Shown piece after piece: positions 1-13,003 of a stretch of 64,000 nucleotides of DNA (position 1 is the stretch's first letter; the number at the start of each line of letters is the position of its first letter). A program made the translations under genes and the position numbers. Where the stretch lies: contig JAYWIR010000001.1 in NCBI GenBank assembly GCA_036172245.1, positions 1,984,001 to 2,048,000 on the forward strand. Reading direction: 5' to 3'. Source of the stretch: Raillietiella orientalis (taxonomy: Eukaryota). The notes under the pieces are model-generated. The model was not told where the DNA came from, made no database searches, and saw only the letters and a program-made list of their open reading frames with translations.

Positions 1-620
1 GTAATCATGTGAATAGTTCTTTATATATGTTACTTTTATGCATACTTCTCTAATTCACTATTGGCAATCCTATATGCTCTACATAAGCTGCTGACTTTTG
101 ATCTTGTAGTTATGCAATTCCACAAAGCTATAATATAAAGAATAGTTTTTTATTTTCTTTTTCTACAGTTGAGGAAAAATATAATCTTAATCTTAATGCT
201 TTCATTTACAGACAAAAACATTTTTCTGCTCGCATGAATAAAAATATTGAAAAAAAAAAAAACATTTATGAAACGTTCACTACATTACTATATCTTTCAC
301 CGACAAAACCTAGACTTACCTTCCTTTTTAAGCCTCATACAGTCTTTGGAAACTTGTAGGCTTTCTTTGATATGCTGGCATTCATCTAGGGAACACAATT
401 AAATAATTTTAGAAAATCACTCAACAGACGTACCAATTTCAATCATATAACGATACCTCATAATAAATTATACTGATTTTTAATAGCCCTTATTGAAATT
501 TATTAATATTGATTATCTAATTTTGTGAGTCAAAAACGAATTTTTAAAAATGACAGTACGGTACCATACTTCAACATATCCTACAAGATGTAAATGGAAA
601 TCAAATCTAACGATACTAAC

Positions 621-708
621 TTTCTGAATTTTCCAATTTTCTTTTCTCAATCCAGGAAGACCATGGCTGGCCAAGGTAATTCATTGGGCTATCATCCTTG
701 GCCGCCAT
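621..708 (-). CDS. Possible first exon of an unidentified gene divergent from CFAP57 (runs toward the left edge)
   Basis: aaaATGGCG start context at 708. Open reading MAAKDDSPMNYLGQPWSSWIEKRKLENSE is followed by a GTTAGT donor at 620. Further minus-strand acceptor/donor-like sites occur near 580, 385 and 320, but I could not build a phase-consistent model and recognise no homology. Confidence 0.3.
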
Positions 709-803
709 TTTTATTATACTTTTGATCAGGTGTAATACATAAATGACGTAAAAAAGTATGTCATTCTAAGCGGTTACATCAAAAATCTAAAGCACATTTT
801 GAA

Positions 804-3800
804 ATGGAATCGCCGAAAGCTGAAAAACTATACTGTGTTGGCATATCTCATTTTTTAAATCATGGAATTGAGTTCAAAGACAATCAAAATATTATATACT
901 GTGCAGGAAAATCACTCATCATATGCAATGTAGATCAGAAGCGGCAACTATTCATACATACATCAGCCAAAGCTAATCGTATTTGTGGTTTTGCAGTCTC
1001 GTATAAAAAGTACGTATTTTCATTATTAACAAACATAATGATAGAATTTTAAAAAAAAACTACGGTGATAATGTGCACAGGTAATGATTTCTGAAGTTTA
1101 ACACGCAGTATGTTCTTACATAACAATGATTTCTTTTTTTTTTTTTCACAAGGCAACATCTTGCTGTGGCTGAAAGCAGCCAAAAATTATTCATTAAAGT
1201 ATTTGACCTTAGTTCTTTGAAGAAAAGGAAAGTTATATCCTTACAAGAATTTGGTTCTCAGGCGTAAGTAAATCCATACAAATTAGTTCACAATCCAAAA
1301 TCTCAGAAATACACTTAAGTTGAGCACCTGATTCACTTGATATGTTTGAAAGTACATTTCCATAAGGCATTCAAAAACAGATTAAATGAATTCCACAGTT
1401 ATGTCAAGTACACACAAAGGTCTGTGAATGTGCATGATAAATTTGTTTTTATCTGATGACTTTTTTTTTTTTTTTTTTTGCATATGCATGACACTTGCAA
1501 ATTAAATATATGTCGTAAGTTTTGACATTTTTGAATTTATTTCACTTTTTGTCAATCATTGGAAATTGGCAAAAGTTTTCAAGTTGTGAATTTTGAAATA
1601 AATTTTCCTGTTCGCCTCTTATCTATATTTGATATAAATATTTGTGCATTTCATGAAAGTGGAACAGCATTAGGAATATTTGAAAACCATAATTCCACTC
1701 AATTGCATATTTTGCTCTCATGTTAACTTTTATATTGTATTAAGATAAAATCTATCGATTTTCGATTCCCAGAAGCTCAATACTTACATCACAAATTTAA
1801 AACAGTTCTTTCAATTTTAATGTTTGGACACTGCAGGCATTAGTTGCATACATATTTTCTGATATCATCTTCAGTCTGGATCTTTCAAACAATTCATTCT
1901 TTTCGATGCAGCTAACTACAAACACTTGCCCATAAATTTTTAAAGTGTTACTTTGTTAAAACAGCTGCAGAAAAGTGCCCATTATTTATGCCTTAAGGGA
2001 TTGACTATGAAAATCAATAATAGTTTCAACAATAATATTATTATTTGGTTGCCTCAAATGCACAAGATCTAATTATTTGCTTTTACAAATGGCATTTCTT
2101 TTATTAATTTGGAGGCATAGAGAAACTTTATGTGGTAAAGTTTCTTGTGCCAAAGTTTTCACTGATGCACACCATATTTCAAAGTAGACATGCTGTCTAG
2201 TTGGCTTTGGACTACTCTCATACATATTGTAATTATTTTTCAACACTTCTGTATGCAGATCTTTTTTTCTTTGATTGAAATTTTTTGTTCATTTGATTTT
2301 ATTTAGAAAATACTTTAAAAGACCATTAATGTGAAAGAAACATTCAATCATGCACAAGTCACTGAAAATCTGTCAACAAACCTAGGAAACTCTAGGGAAT
2401 ATATGTGGCATAATGGATATAAAAGGCAGTACATTTCTCTAGTTTTACAAGTACACACTATAGACGAAAAGGAAACCATAAAATCACATGTGAATGCACA
2501 TACTTTCTAATTTACTTTGGTTAACAAAATGTTTGCACAAAGAATTTACTGGATTTTCATAGTCTGTTTGACAATAATTTTTGGCAATTTTTCTGAGGAA
2601 AATGCTTTGAAATAAAATATCAAATTTATGCATATGGTACTAAAGTGCAATATTTATTTGCACATTATCATCGTCCTTGTATACTATATAGATAGAGTCG
2701 ACCTTTGAGTTCTATTTTAAATACCCGGATCAAACATTTTCACTTCAGCTGTCAAGCTCCCAATGGAGAAGTTAATTTTGTACTTACAATGCAATTTCAA
2801 TAGCTCAAGGCTTCAAGAATTATTAAATGCTTATCTGTGAATGCATTAAACAGTAATGGGACTTGTGGAAATATGTTTCCCATTCGTAGCATGTTTATTT
2901 CAACACTTGGAACTGTGCCTTTTATGGAAGCAATTGTATTCTCGTGTTATCAACGGATCACCGAGTGGGTCACGTTTCTTCCAGAAATCGGCAATTTGTC
3001 TTTATTTAGCATGCTTTTGGGGATTCGTTGCCTTTTTTCCTTTCCTCTCCGTGTGCTTGAATCCAAAATGCACGGCCCGGTGGAGTCGGTTCAATTCGAC
3101 CACGGTTCATTTGTACGAATTTTCGTTACCTTAAACGACACCTCTGACAAAACCGTGTATGCAGGATATGACCTTAAGCAAGGTGATGTGTTGAAACATT
3201 TTCCTGCTTTGGGGGGTGACGAAGTTTTCGGCAGATCTCCGTGAAATCCTTCGAAAAGTGTTTTGTTTATTCCCATGTGTTTTGGGAGAGGCGGGTTCGG
3301 AGCGTTGGCAAACGCTTCCACAAAAACGGCTGGCTTTCGTAAAAGGGAAAAAAAAAAAAAAAAAACATGTTTCATCATCAAACTACCGGAATCTCGCAAC
3401 CGGGTGACGATCCCAACCCCTTAAAGCAGTTCCAAAGGAACAGCCCCCCCTCACGAAACCAGTACGACTTCCCAACTGCGTCCGGCACGGCAGGGCGAAC
3501 CGGCGCCGTGTGGGACTCCGGAGCGACGAGAAACTCGGGAAGAGAGAGACCACCACAGGCACCACCACCACCACCACCAGCACCACCAACTGTCCCCGGC
3601 CGCCCCACGCGGAAGCTCCGCCGCACCCGCTCGCTTCCTCCACGCAGGGGGAGAGTCCCGGGGGGATGACTCCACGGGCTCCGGCCGGGACCAACCACGT
3701 AGGCGCTGGCAACGTTCAAAAACCGCGAGCCACAAACTGTTACGGAGGAGGAGGACCAGCCCCGCAAGAAGAGCACACGTCGGCGGCTTCCCGCGACTCT

Positions 3801-6800
3801 GGGCGTTCCCGCACTGCCCGGGCGCGTGGACGAAACGAACGCTCAAGGCACGGACCAGGGAAACCGTCGGCGGAGCACGAACGTGGCACGTCGACTGCCG
3901 CGGGGTTCTCGCTCGTTTCTGAATGTGCGTCGTGGTATAGCACGCGGGCTGTCTGCTCCAGCCGCCATCCTCCCCCGTCCACAAACGCGACATCGGATCG
4001 CTTCGCGTCGCCGGCTAATGGCACACGTCGCCACGCTGCCCGGTAAGCAAAGTGGTAGGCTTCCCGGGAGCACGTCTTCTTCTAATGGCTAACGAATAAC
4101 GTGCGCGCGGAGCTCCTTTGCTTCGTCGTGAGGAGCATCTTTCTTTTTCCTTTCCTTTTTTTTTTTTTTTTTTTCTTCATTCCTCCGAGGTTCCGCCGAG
4201 GCCGCCAGCGGATCCCTTCGCCCGAAAGCCACGGAGCTTTCCAACGGCAAGCGCCTCCTGCATCTTTCGATTTCGATTTTCTTTTCTCGCGATGCGACCG
4301 GATGGTGTTCAGCACCCTGCTCCCGAGTTTCGCATCTGGAAGCTCGCCTTCCTCGACGTGGAACCTTAGTTCAGGGCTCCGAGTTTGCAAAGAGTTCTGA
4401 CTTGGAACTTTCTATTTGGGGATTAAGGGTATCGTAATCTCGGCGGTGCTTCAGTCATCTGAAGAGAGGATCGAGTACCGCGCACTTGTAAATGGATGCA
4501 GATTCGCAGCTCGTACTGCCCCAGCATTCTGATGTGCTGGTCCATTACTGTTTCCGTGGATTCCTTCCAACGTCATCGAGCTGCTTTCATCTTAGTAAGT
4601 GACTCCTTCTGTAGATCCCCACCAGCTTGGGACAAGTGGTGGATGAGATTTCCGTCTCTCGGAGTCTACTTCACATGGGAAGAGGAATTGCTAGCCATTG
4701 ACAGTACCTGCAACGGTATCAGACGTGATTCTTTTCGCAAGTTCCTCCGGTTCCTTACAGGCACTTCAACCTGTTGTCATCACGAAATTGCTTAAACACT
4801 CACCATCTCATCTGACGTCTCATTAACGACCGTCACTGAAGTCGTTCCGAATGGCTTGCATGAAATGTGCGTGAAATTAGATACTTCAGAGTTTGCCTGG
4901 AAGCTTTCTCGTATTTACCCAACAACCTATGCAGATCATCTCTTTTAGTGTTAGGTACCCCAGATCAGTAAACCTCTTTGCTAAGACGGTAAGGAGGTCT
5001 TCTACTCGTTCGTTTGCATCGCTAATCGGAGGATGGTTAAAGGACCAGCTGACCTTGCTTCGGAAGACCTTGTTTGGATTCCAACGTACACGATCTGGGA
5101 GACAAAAAGCAACTATTCTCCATTTCATGAAGATGCATGAGAGTGTGCCCGCTTGATGAAAGCTCGTTTCTTGTTTTATCTTTTTGTTTGAGTACGTCGA
5201 AGTTCTGAATCTCAGTGTACATTTATAAAGTACATTTGTATTAGATTGTTGGTTCAAAAGAACGAACCTGATAGCTTCGACAGATTTGTGAATTACTATG
5301 GTGTAATGATAGGGTATTTCAAATAACAACATTTCAAATAACGTAGAACACTAGAAGAAGAAGGAGGAGGGAGGGGGGTATCAATGTACCAAGGGGGAAA
5401 AATAGTTAGGCAGTTTGTTTGGTTCCCAATCAAGCAAGAATCGCGAACGACATTTTGCTGTTACAGATAATGCCCAGACTTTTCATCATCCGAAGGAAAC
5501 AGACGCAAGGGAAGTCAAGGCGATTCGAAAAGGAAAGGATGATGAACTTGAGCAAAGTAAACGATCTTTCCGATTTTTCGAGGGCTGATAAAAAAAAAAA
5601 AAAAAAAAAAAAAGGTGCGGTATCGACGAGAAAGAAGCATCCTTTGAATCAAACCTTAAGAGGAGTAACCAGGGTGCTCGAGTGAGTGTTCTCTAGATAG
5701 TAGCAGGCTTAGACAGCGAAGAGCTGCCGTTGCTGGCAGCATAAAATATTTCTTCGAGGGAAACGGAACTCATTACAGTCCATTGTATTCCAAGAGACTT
5801 GAGGGTTTTTTTTTCCCCCCCCCCCTTTTCCAAAGGCAAAATACATAAGGAACGTGAATCATAACATATGTCATAATAGCGTAATTATTGCTTGTATTCT
5901 GAATAGCAAGAAAATTGATTAGATGTTGGTTGGAAGAAGAAGAAAAAACGGAGGAGCTTATCTTTCGGCTTTGCAGCTTACACCGCGGCGAAATCAAAGT
6001 TTTCAGACGGCTTATCGGATGAGGTTTCCAGGGCGTTCGAACGAGATCATCCGCCACTCGCTTCCTGCGGTGCGCTCCGCGTGGCGGGTGAATGATTATC
6101 GCGAACCACGCGGCGTGGATTCGCTGGTTTTCCCGCAGGACGCGTGGACGAGATGTCCACCGCCATCCATCCACTCGTTGCTGCGAGTCGGTACGTTCCG
6201 GCTGAACGGCTTTTGCACGCGGCATCTCAGTCGTTACCTCGCCTGAAGCTGGAGCTCTTCAGCCTCCACTTCACGTGGAAGCCTTCAGGAGGAACCGCGC
6301 TCACGCTTTCCACGCGGGAGCTTCCATTCATGCCGAAGATTAAAATTCGCACGCGGAGAAATGAAACACGCATCTTCGGCGTTGTCTCGCGGTGTAGCCG
6401 GCAGAGCACTGAAGCGCCCTCACCCCTCCCCCCCCCATGCTCTAAGCTTCCCACGTTACCGTACCCCCTTCCTCCCTTCCTTGTAAAAATTGGATTAAGG
6501 CAGTTTTGTTTCACACATTGAAGTGAGGTGGTTCTGAGAGCACAATGGTAGAAAAGTTTCTGAATGTGAAAAGGGTTGTGAAAAGGGAAAGAAGGAAAAG
6601 GTGGTCTTTCTTCCGTGTAATGCTCCCAACTTTACAGCGGATAGCAGGGAACGTGATGATGATGATGATGATGCAGCAATAACAACTAAGCATGTGGTGG
6701 AACTGTACGATCTCGGTACTATTTGCAGCTTGGCTGTTTCGGGCGTTGATGGTCTTCGTGTGCAAAGAATGTTTCGAGCACATCAGAGCACGTGTGGGTT

Positions 6801-9800
6801 TGCTGTTTGCAGTTACTATTGCGGAAAATGCTGCCTTCCCGCTCGAGCTGTTTTCCTGGCACAGAAAGGAGCACGAAATACAAGCTTCAAGGTTTCTTGG
6901 CGACCCAGGCGTAGTTTGCGGGAAAGAAAGGAACAAAGAACGCGAATGAGATGTCTGGTTCCGTGTGGTAAAAATTCCATCGTTCCCTCCTTGGGATCAC
7001 TGTCGTGGTGATTTTGCGTCTCTCGGTTGACCGCCAGATCGAAACGCGGTCACCAAGAGTCCGCGGCTGAGGAGCAGGAAAATTCCGTGCGAATTTGTAT
7101 CGACCAACGCTGAAGAAAAGTACTAGCTCGAGTTTCCCCAGACTTTCATTCACATGAAACTCAGGCTGTACGCCGAGTACTGAGCTGCGTCTGCATCTGA
7201 ACGTGAAAAAGGAAAAAGGGAGAGAGAGAGAGAACTTCCCTGAAGACTGTTTGCCTTTGCAGGATTGGATGCTGCTGCTGCAGCCAGGGCATTTTACTAT
7301 GCATGACAGTTTCACGCGCGCTCTCACTCTGGACGGAAGATTTTTGATTTTCCGTACAGATGCCGAAATTTTCCCGCGTCCACCTCGGACGATAAGTGGT
7401 GAAGAACGGCGGGCAAGCAAACGTCTTGGGAAGATGAGCTGGTCCGAAGAGTTCCATCAGGGCCACGGCGAAACACACGCATCAGTCTCCTGAATACTGA
7501 CCGTGTGTGTCCCCTTCCGTGTTCGTACACGCAGGGCGTCCGCGTGCAGCAGAAGAGCAAACCAGAACGCAGCGCATCGGGAGCTCTTGTGGGGGTGGGA
7601 GGTGGGGGGCACTGAATCCCTGTCGCCGAATTTTTACACCGGAAGGGATTCGAAGGAAGTAGTAGCAATTTGTCATCGCTTTCGTTTCGCCGTGTTTGCC
7701 TGTGGAGGAACGCACTCTCACGCGTCGGATGGTATCTCTTGACCGGCTGCATTCGGTCTGGCCTCCGAGACGATCCATCCTACGTGTTAACATCCTTACT
7801 CAGGATGTGATGAAAATTGCTGGATGTTTACTTATTGAATTTTCCCCCTGCACGCTTCACTTTCTCACGCGGGCACTCTCTTTGCCTTTTCTGTTCGCCA
7901 CTTTGATAATATCCATAAATATGCTCTGCTGTTCCAAAGTGAGAAAACCACCTGATCTCGCTGACCACACATTCAGTATTAGCTTCATGCTCATGATTGT
8001 CGATGATCTCGAAGCGGAACTGAACCTCTGTTAATAGGTGTGAATCACTGGCCTTTTCCCACGATGAGCAATTTGTAGCAGTTCAGGGAAGGATCCCAGA
8101 ATGCATTTTGATTTTATTAAAGTGGGAGAAAGGGAAGCTGATAGCTTTTCTGAGGTTGCCGTTAACAAAACCAGTAGCTGCAAGCTTGCAGAAGGTAAGG
8201 AGGAGGCGGGTTACCTGGAGTAATGTTCCGTCCAAGACCCTGTTTCATCCTGGTGATAGTTCCATCATCAGTGTAATAAACGATGCAAGTATCAGGTTTT
8301 TCCGGCTTGCGGAAGAAAGCCTCAAAGCTTTCGGAGGCCAGAGGTCAAATGACTTCGTGTGTCTAGCGCAGTGCTGGTTTGGGAACTGGTTATTAGTGGG
8401 AACAGCATGCTCTCACATATTGTTTTTTGAGCTGGGAGAGTACAGAGGGAAAATGCTCGTTAATCCGAAACCTGCCTCTCCAGAGCTATTTCAGAAACTC
8501 AGTAGCTCCATACACTTAAGAAGCATTCATACTAGCTTGAATGTTTTTTCAAACGAGAGCGTAGACACCTTGCAGCCTTCTGAAATCACGGCTTTGGTCT
8601 CGTACAGCAAAGTAAGGAAGCAACCATGGGGGCCCATGGGAAGCTAAATAAATTTGTCTGAAGGGATTTGCGTGCTCCTGCGGTCCAGCAACCGTTCTTG
8701 TCTACGAAATGACTGAGGAACAAATGAAGCACCACGAGTGGAAGCTGGACAAAGAATGCAGGATCATTAAAATACCTGCTGATGACTGCTTGATGGATCC
8801 TAGTTCGGCCGAAAGGCAAAAAATAGTGCAGCTGACTATAAGTCCTAATGAAGAATTGCTTGTGGCACTTACTGATCTTTGTCGCACTTACAGCATCCAA
8901 TTAGCTAGTATTGATTTTAAAATGGTATGTACCTACGCCCAGAATGATCGATGGTTTGCATCTTCTTCCAGGGAATATCTTACTTTGACACCTACTTGCA
9001 TTTTTGGCATCACGCAGCGATTCACAAGCTGGATGTCTGTTACAGAAAGCCTTTAGTGGTTACCGCGGACCATGACCAAACTATTTGCCTTTGGAATTAC
9101 GATACCTTTAGCCTGCAGCTGCGCCAGCAGTTTCCCGAGGAAGTGCATTCCGTTGCCATCCATCCGTCAGGACATTATCTGTTAGCCGGCTTTCACACCA
9201 AGCTGCAGTTGTTCAGCATTCTTATGGGCGGCTTGCTTGTGCATATGGATTTCAATATCCGCAGTTGTCCAGAGTGCGCCTTTAGCAACAGCGGCCATTT
9301 GGTTGCTGCGGTGTACGGGAATCTGATTCAGATCTATTCGACCATCTTCTTTGACTTGCGGAGCAGTTTGAGAGGTCATTACGACAAGGTAACCCCGGCT
9401 CTGTTTTTGCCTGTGAGTCCCTGAATCCGTCCCGGGAGCTCAGGTCCAGGGATTGTCGTGGTCCGATAACGATTCGTTACTAATAACTTGCGGGATGGAC
9501 GGTGCTCTTTACGTGTGGGACGTGGCGAATGGTGTTCGGCAAAGAGAACTCGTAATCCGGGGCTGCGGACTCATGGACGTCGCCATCACGAAAGATGGCC
9601 ACAAGCAACTAGTCATCGGTCAAGATCGTACCCTGAAGGAGGTTCAAGAGTGCGAAGTAAGTGCTTATCAGGAAAGACTCTGAGATGACCCGACTGGATT
9701 CTCGTCCGCCGTAGGTTCACTACGAAATAGGGAGCTACGACTCACTGATTACATCCCTCAAGCTATCGCGCGACGAACAGATGATCTTTTCGGGCACGGA

Positions 9801-12119
9801 AGGGGGGTTCATTCGTTCGTTTCTGTTCCCTCTTTCCAGTAATGTGGAATGGCACGATTTTCCCGGTCATGTGGGCGCAATCAAGCGTGTCTGCATGACA
9901 CGCGACGACTCCCTACTTGTGACAGTCGGTGACGACGGACTGCTTCTACTGTGGGAGCTATGGCTGGGGGACAAAAGGCGAAGCCGGGAGGATGCGATAC
10001 CCTACTCCCAAGAAGTTTTCACCACCTATTCCAACTTGGAGGAGCAGATGGAAGCCTACAGGAGCGTGCAGACAAGGGCGGAGCAAATGGACGTGGACCA
10101 CAAATACGAAATGCACATGAAGGATCTGTCTCACGCGGAGAGCGTCAGACAGCTGGCCGCTCAATACGAGCAGCAACTCCTTGAAGTTCGCATGCTCAAC
10201 GACCAGCTGAATGCCCGCCTCGAAGACGAAAACAGGAAGTACAACACCCAGCTCCACGAGCTACAGGAGCACCACCAGAATCTCATCCAGCACATCGAGA
10301 ACACCAACAACGCCAGGCTGATCGTGGAATTCGAAAGATACGAGAAGCTGAAGTCGCTGTACGAAGGGAGTCGCGCGGACCACGATAGGTGAGGCCTCCC
10401 TCGCAGAGGAAGCGCAAAACGAGCGCTGTCGTTCCAGCGAGGTAGCCCAGCTGAAGAGCGAACACGAGCTCCGGGTCCGAAAGTTGATGGACCACTCTGA
10501 GGCGCAGTCTCTTGCGAGTAAGGAACTGGTCCTCAAGGTATTCCGGGCGCTTGCCTGCTCTTTCACCGCGCGATAAACCTTCAAGATGGAAGAGGACGCT
10601 AAGGAGCAGATGGAGAGATCGAAGGCCGCAATGCAGCAACTGGAGTGTGACGCCGAGTCGCGGATCCAAAGCCTGGAAAGTTCCTACGAAGCAAAGCTGA
10701 AAGAAGGCAGGGACGACTACCTGAAGCAGAGGGCCGAGATTTGCATCCTTCACAAGAAACATGACAGGTTCGCCTTCTGCTGGCAACGCAGATCGACCTC
10801 CCGCCTTCTCAAGTCTCCTCAAGGAAATGGAAGAGAAGGGGAAGGATGCGCAGAAGCTGACGATCGAGCAGCAACGGATACAGGGAACGATCAAGAAGCT
10901 GGAGAAAGACATGCAGCGTCTCCACAAGGAGATCTCGGAGCGTGACGAAACCATCGAAGAAAAAGTACTGGAATCCGCACCGTCGCTGCTTCTGCTCCTC
11001 GGAGGCTATCGTGCCATCTGGGGGACGGGGCGTTTGTGCGCAAGGTAGCTTCGAGTTTTTTGTGTCTTTCACAGGAAAAGAGAATCTCCGAACTGAACGC
11101 AAAGAATCAAGCGCTGGACAAATACAAATTCGTGCTGGACTACAAGGTAAAAGAGCTGAACGAGCAGCTGGAACCCCGCGAAAGAGATATCCACAACCTG
11201 GAGCAGCAGGTCGCGAAGGTAGAAATGGGGACCCGGGCTGAGGGAGACGGTTCCCGGACCAACCACCGAACCCAAGATGGAGCAAGAGATCGAAACCCAC
11301 CACCAGAGCAAGGAATCAATTCAGATAGCGGCCAACAACTTCCGGGAGAGGCTGGCGGCCGTGAGAAAGGAGCTGAGCAGCCACAGGACCAAGCATCGCG
11401 CCATGCTGACCTACGTATCTCGGCTGCAGAATGGCATCGCGACTGCGGTCGGGATGATCCACCAGCCAAATGCTTTGAAGCAGCACGTGAAAGTGGGTGC
11501 CCCTCTCCGCGTCTTCCTGGAGTAGGCCTCTTCTTCTTCTTCAGGAGATGTACCGGGATTTTGTCAAAGGGAAAGAAATCCTGGACTCGCTGACCAAGGA
11601 CGAGGGTGTGAACAGGGAGTTTCAGTACCAGCGAATGTTCCTTGAAGGATTGGTGAGGAATCTCCAGGGCAAGCTGCACAGCTACGCGCTCCGTCCGAAG
11701 AAGGAAGAGATTCTGATCGCGGTAGGCCAGCGGCTTTTCTTTTCCCCGGGCTTCCGCGGAAGACTTCTTCCCGTTCCTTCAGGAAAACTTGGAGCTGCTG
11801 GCTACCATCCAAAATTTGCGCAAGGAGCTGCGCGCCATCCGGCTGCACATCTCCGAGCTGGAGTCGGTGCTCACCCTCAGCGACAAGACCACGACTGTCC
11901 GAGGCTTCCTGGAGAATCTGGCCACTTACCGGAACCTTCGTTCGCAGATGCTGGAAAGGTGCCACCAGGAACTTGAGGTTCGGGCAGACTTTCCGCGTGG
12001 TCACCCTCTTCGCCAACCACCAGGAAAAAGACAGAACGATCGAAATGCAAAGGTCGGAGATCGTGAGGATGCACTCGTCCTTGCCAATGAGCAGGCCGGC
12101 TTCGCTTGATCCAAACTGA
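804..12119 (+). CDS. CFAP57: Cilia- and flagella-associated protein 57 (WDR65): N-terminal WD40 repeats plus C-terminal coiled coil, about 1224 aa, 16 exons
   Basis: Phase-consistent GT-AG exons: 804-1009, 1153-1263, 8038-8194, 8237-8611, 8664-8924, 8972-9388, 9444-9656, 9715-10388, 10438-10537, 10586-10767, 10814-10964, 11075-11218, 11277-11492, 11545-11721, 11783-11977, 12024-12119 (3675 nt, TGA at 12117-12119). Motifs matching CFAP57: LDVCYRKPLVVT, SVAIHPSGHYLLAGF, ECAFSNSGHL, EISERDETIEEKEKRISEL, NQALDKYKFVLDYKVKEL..QLEPRE, TIEMQRSEI. Confidence 0.93.
4770..5160 (+). mobile_element. Decayed non-LTR retrotransposon (LINE) reverse-transcriptase fragment inside CFAP57 intron 2
   Basis: Across frames and in the expected order: PNGLHEMCVK (cf. 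PGPDG), AWKLSRIYP (cf. WKxAxVxP), RYPRSVNLFAKTVRR (cf. YRPISLL..K..ER), WLKDQLTLLRKTLFGFQRTRS (cf. QxGFR..RS). Interrupted by stops and frameshifts. Confidence 0.55.
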
Positions 12120-12329
12120 GCAGCGCGGCCGAACGTTTGATGACCGAGCTCTCGTTGCTTCCAGTCTACAACCGACAACACCATTCCCTCCACACGAGAC
12201 GAACCACGATCTTCTTAGGCATCATTTGATCCTCCTCAGCTAATCGACTGCCAACCATCGCCGCCACTAGATCTTACGCTGATCCCTCGATGGATACTTC
12301 AAATCAAAACCTCCCTAGTAAAATTTGTT

Positions 12330-13003
12330 TCGCCAAGTGCTGAAGAACCGTTCACTCTCTCAGAGGGATGGAAGATGAGAGGAGCTCATGAAGCTGTCCA
12401 CGCCACCCGAGAGTGCATGTTGCTCTTCAAGGCATAAGGGGTAACCTCGTAGGGACCGCGCCATGAATCCAGGAAGGTTCCCGAGAAAGCAGTCCGTTCT
12501 TCTCACGCATGGGAGGGAGGAGCCTTTGCTCTGGTTGTCTCCGAAGGGACCCTCCGGTGGAGAGGGCATTCCTCTTTTCTTCTCCGGAAGGGAACCCGGA
12601 AAGGATCCGCTCCTGGAATTCCTTCTTCGAACAGAACTCGCAAGAAAGCCGCTCCTTCTTTCTTCCTCTGATGAGAACCCCGAAGGGATGTCTCCAAATT
12701 TCTCTGAAGGGTCGCTCCTTGAAGGGAGCAGCGCGCCTCCCGAGGAGGGTACCGACCAGTTCCATGGAGCGGCTCTATTTTCCCAAACTCGGCTCCCCGA
12801 TTCCTGGAAGGACCCCGGAGGGTCAATCCGGACGGTCAGGAGAGTCATCCGGTGTCTACCAGCGCCGCATCAGCGTCTTTTGGAGGACCCTCCCAAACCC
12901 ATGTCGCACCCTCCATTCTCGGCATCGACCTGGTGGGATTCGAACCCGCAACGTTTTGCACCACGTGCTGAGACCGCAGCCGCACGGGCGCCGACTCAGG
13001 CCG
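12330..13003 (-). mobile_element. tRNA-derived SINE, copy 1 (full length, 674 bp, 13-bp TSD)
   Basis: Direct repeat AGTAAAATTTGTT flanks the element at 12317-12329 and 13004-13016. The minus-strand head GGCCTGAG...GGGTTCGAATCCCACCAGGTC has a B-box and acceptor-stem-like pairing. The body is repeated at 15452-15997, and the head is homologous to about 22255-22480. Confidence 0.8.

Noticed and set aside
2837-3244. 135-aa ORF in CFAP57 intron 2
   Set aside because: Non-ATG start, no recognisable family and no supported splice structure.
12925-13003. tRNA gene at the GGTTCGAATCC motifs (also near 16095 and 22300)
   Set aside because: D-arm/A-box is poor, the copies are diverged and each is attached to a shared long body, so these are SINE heads rather than functional tRNAs.
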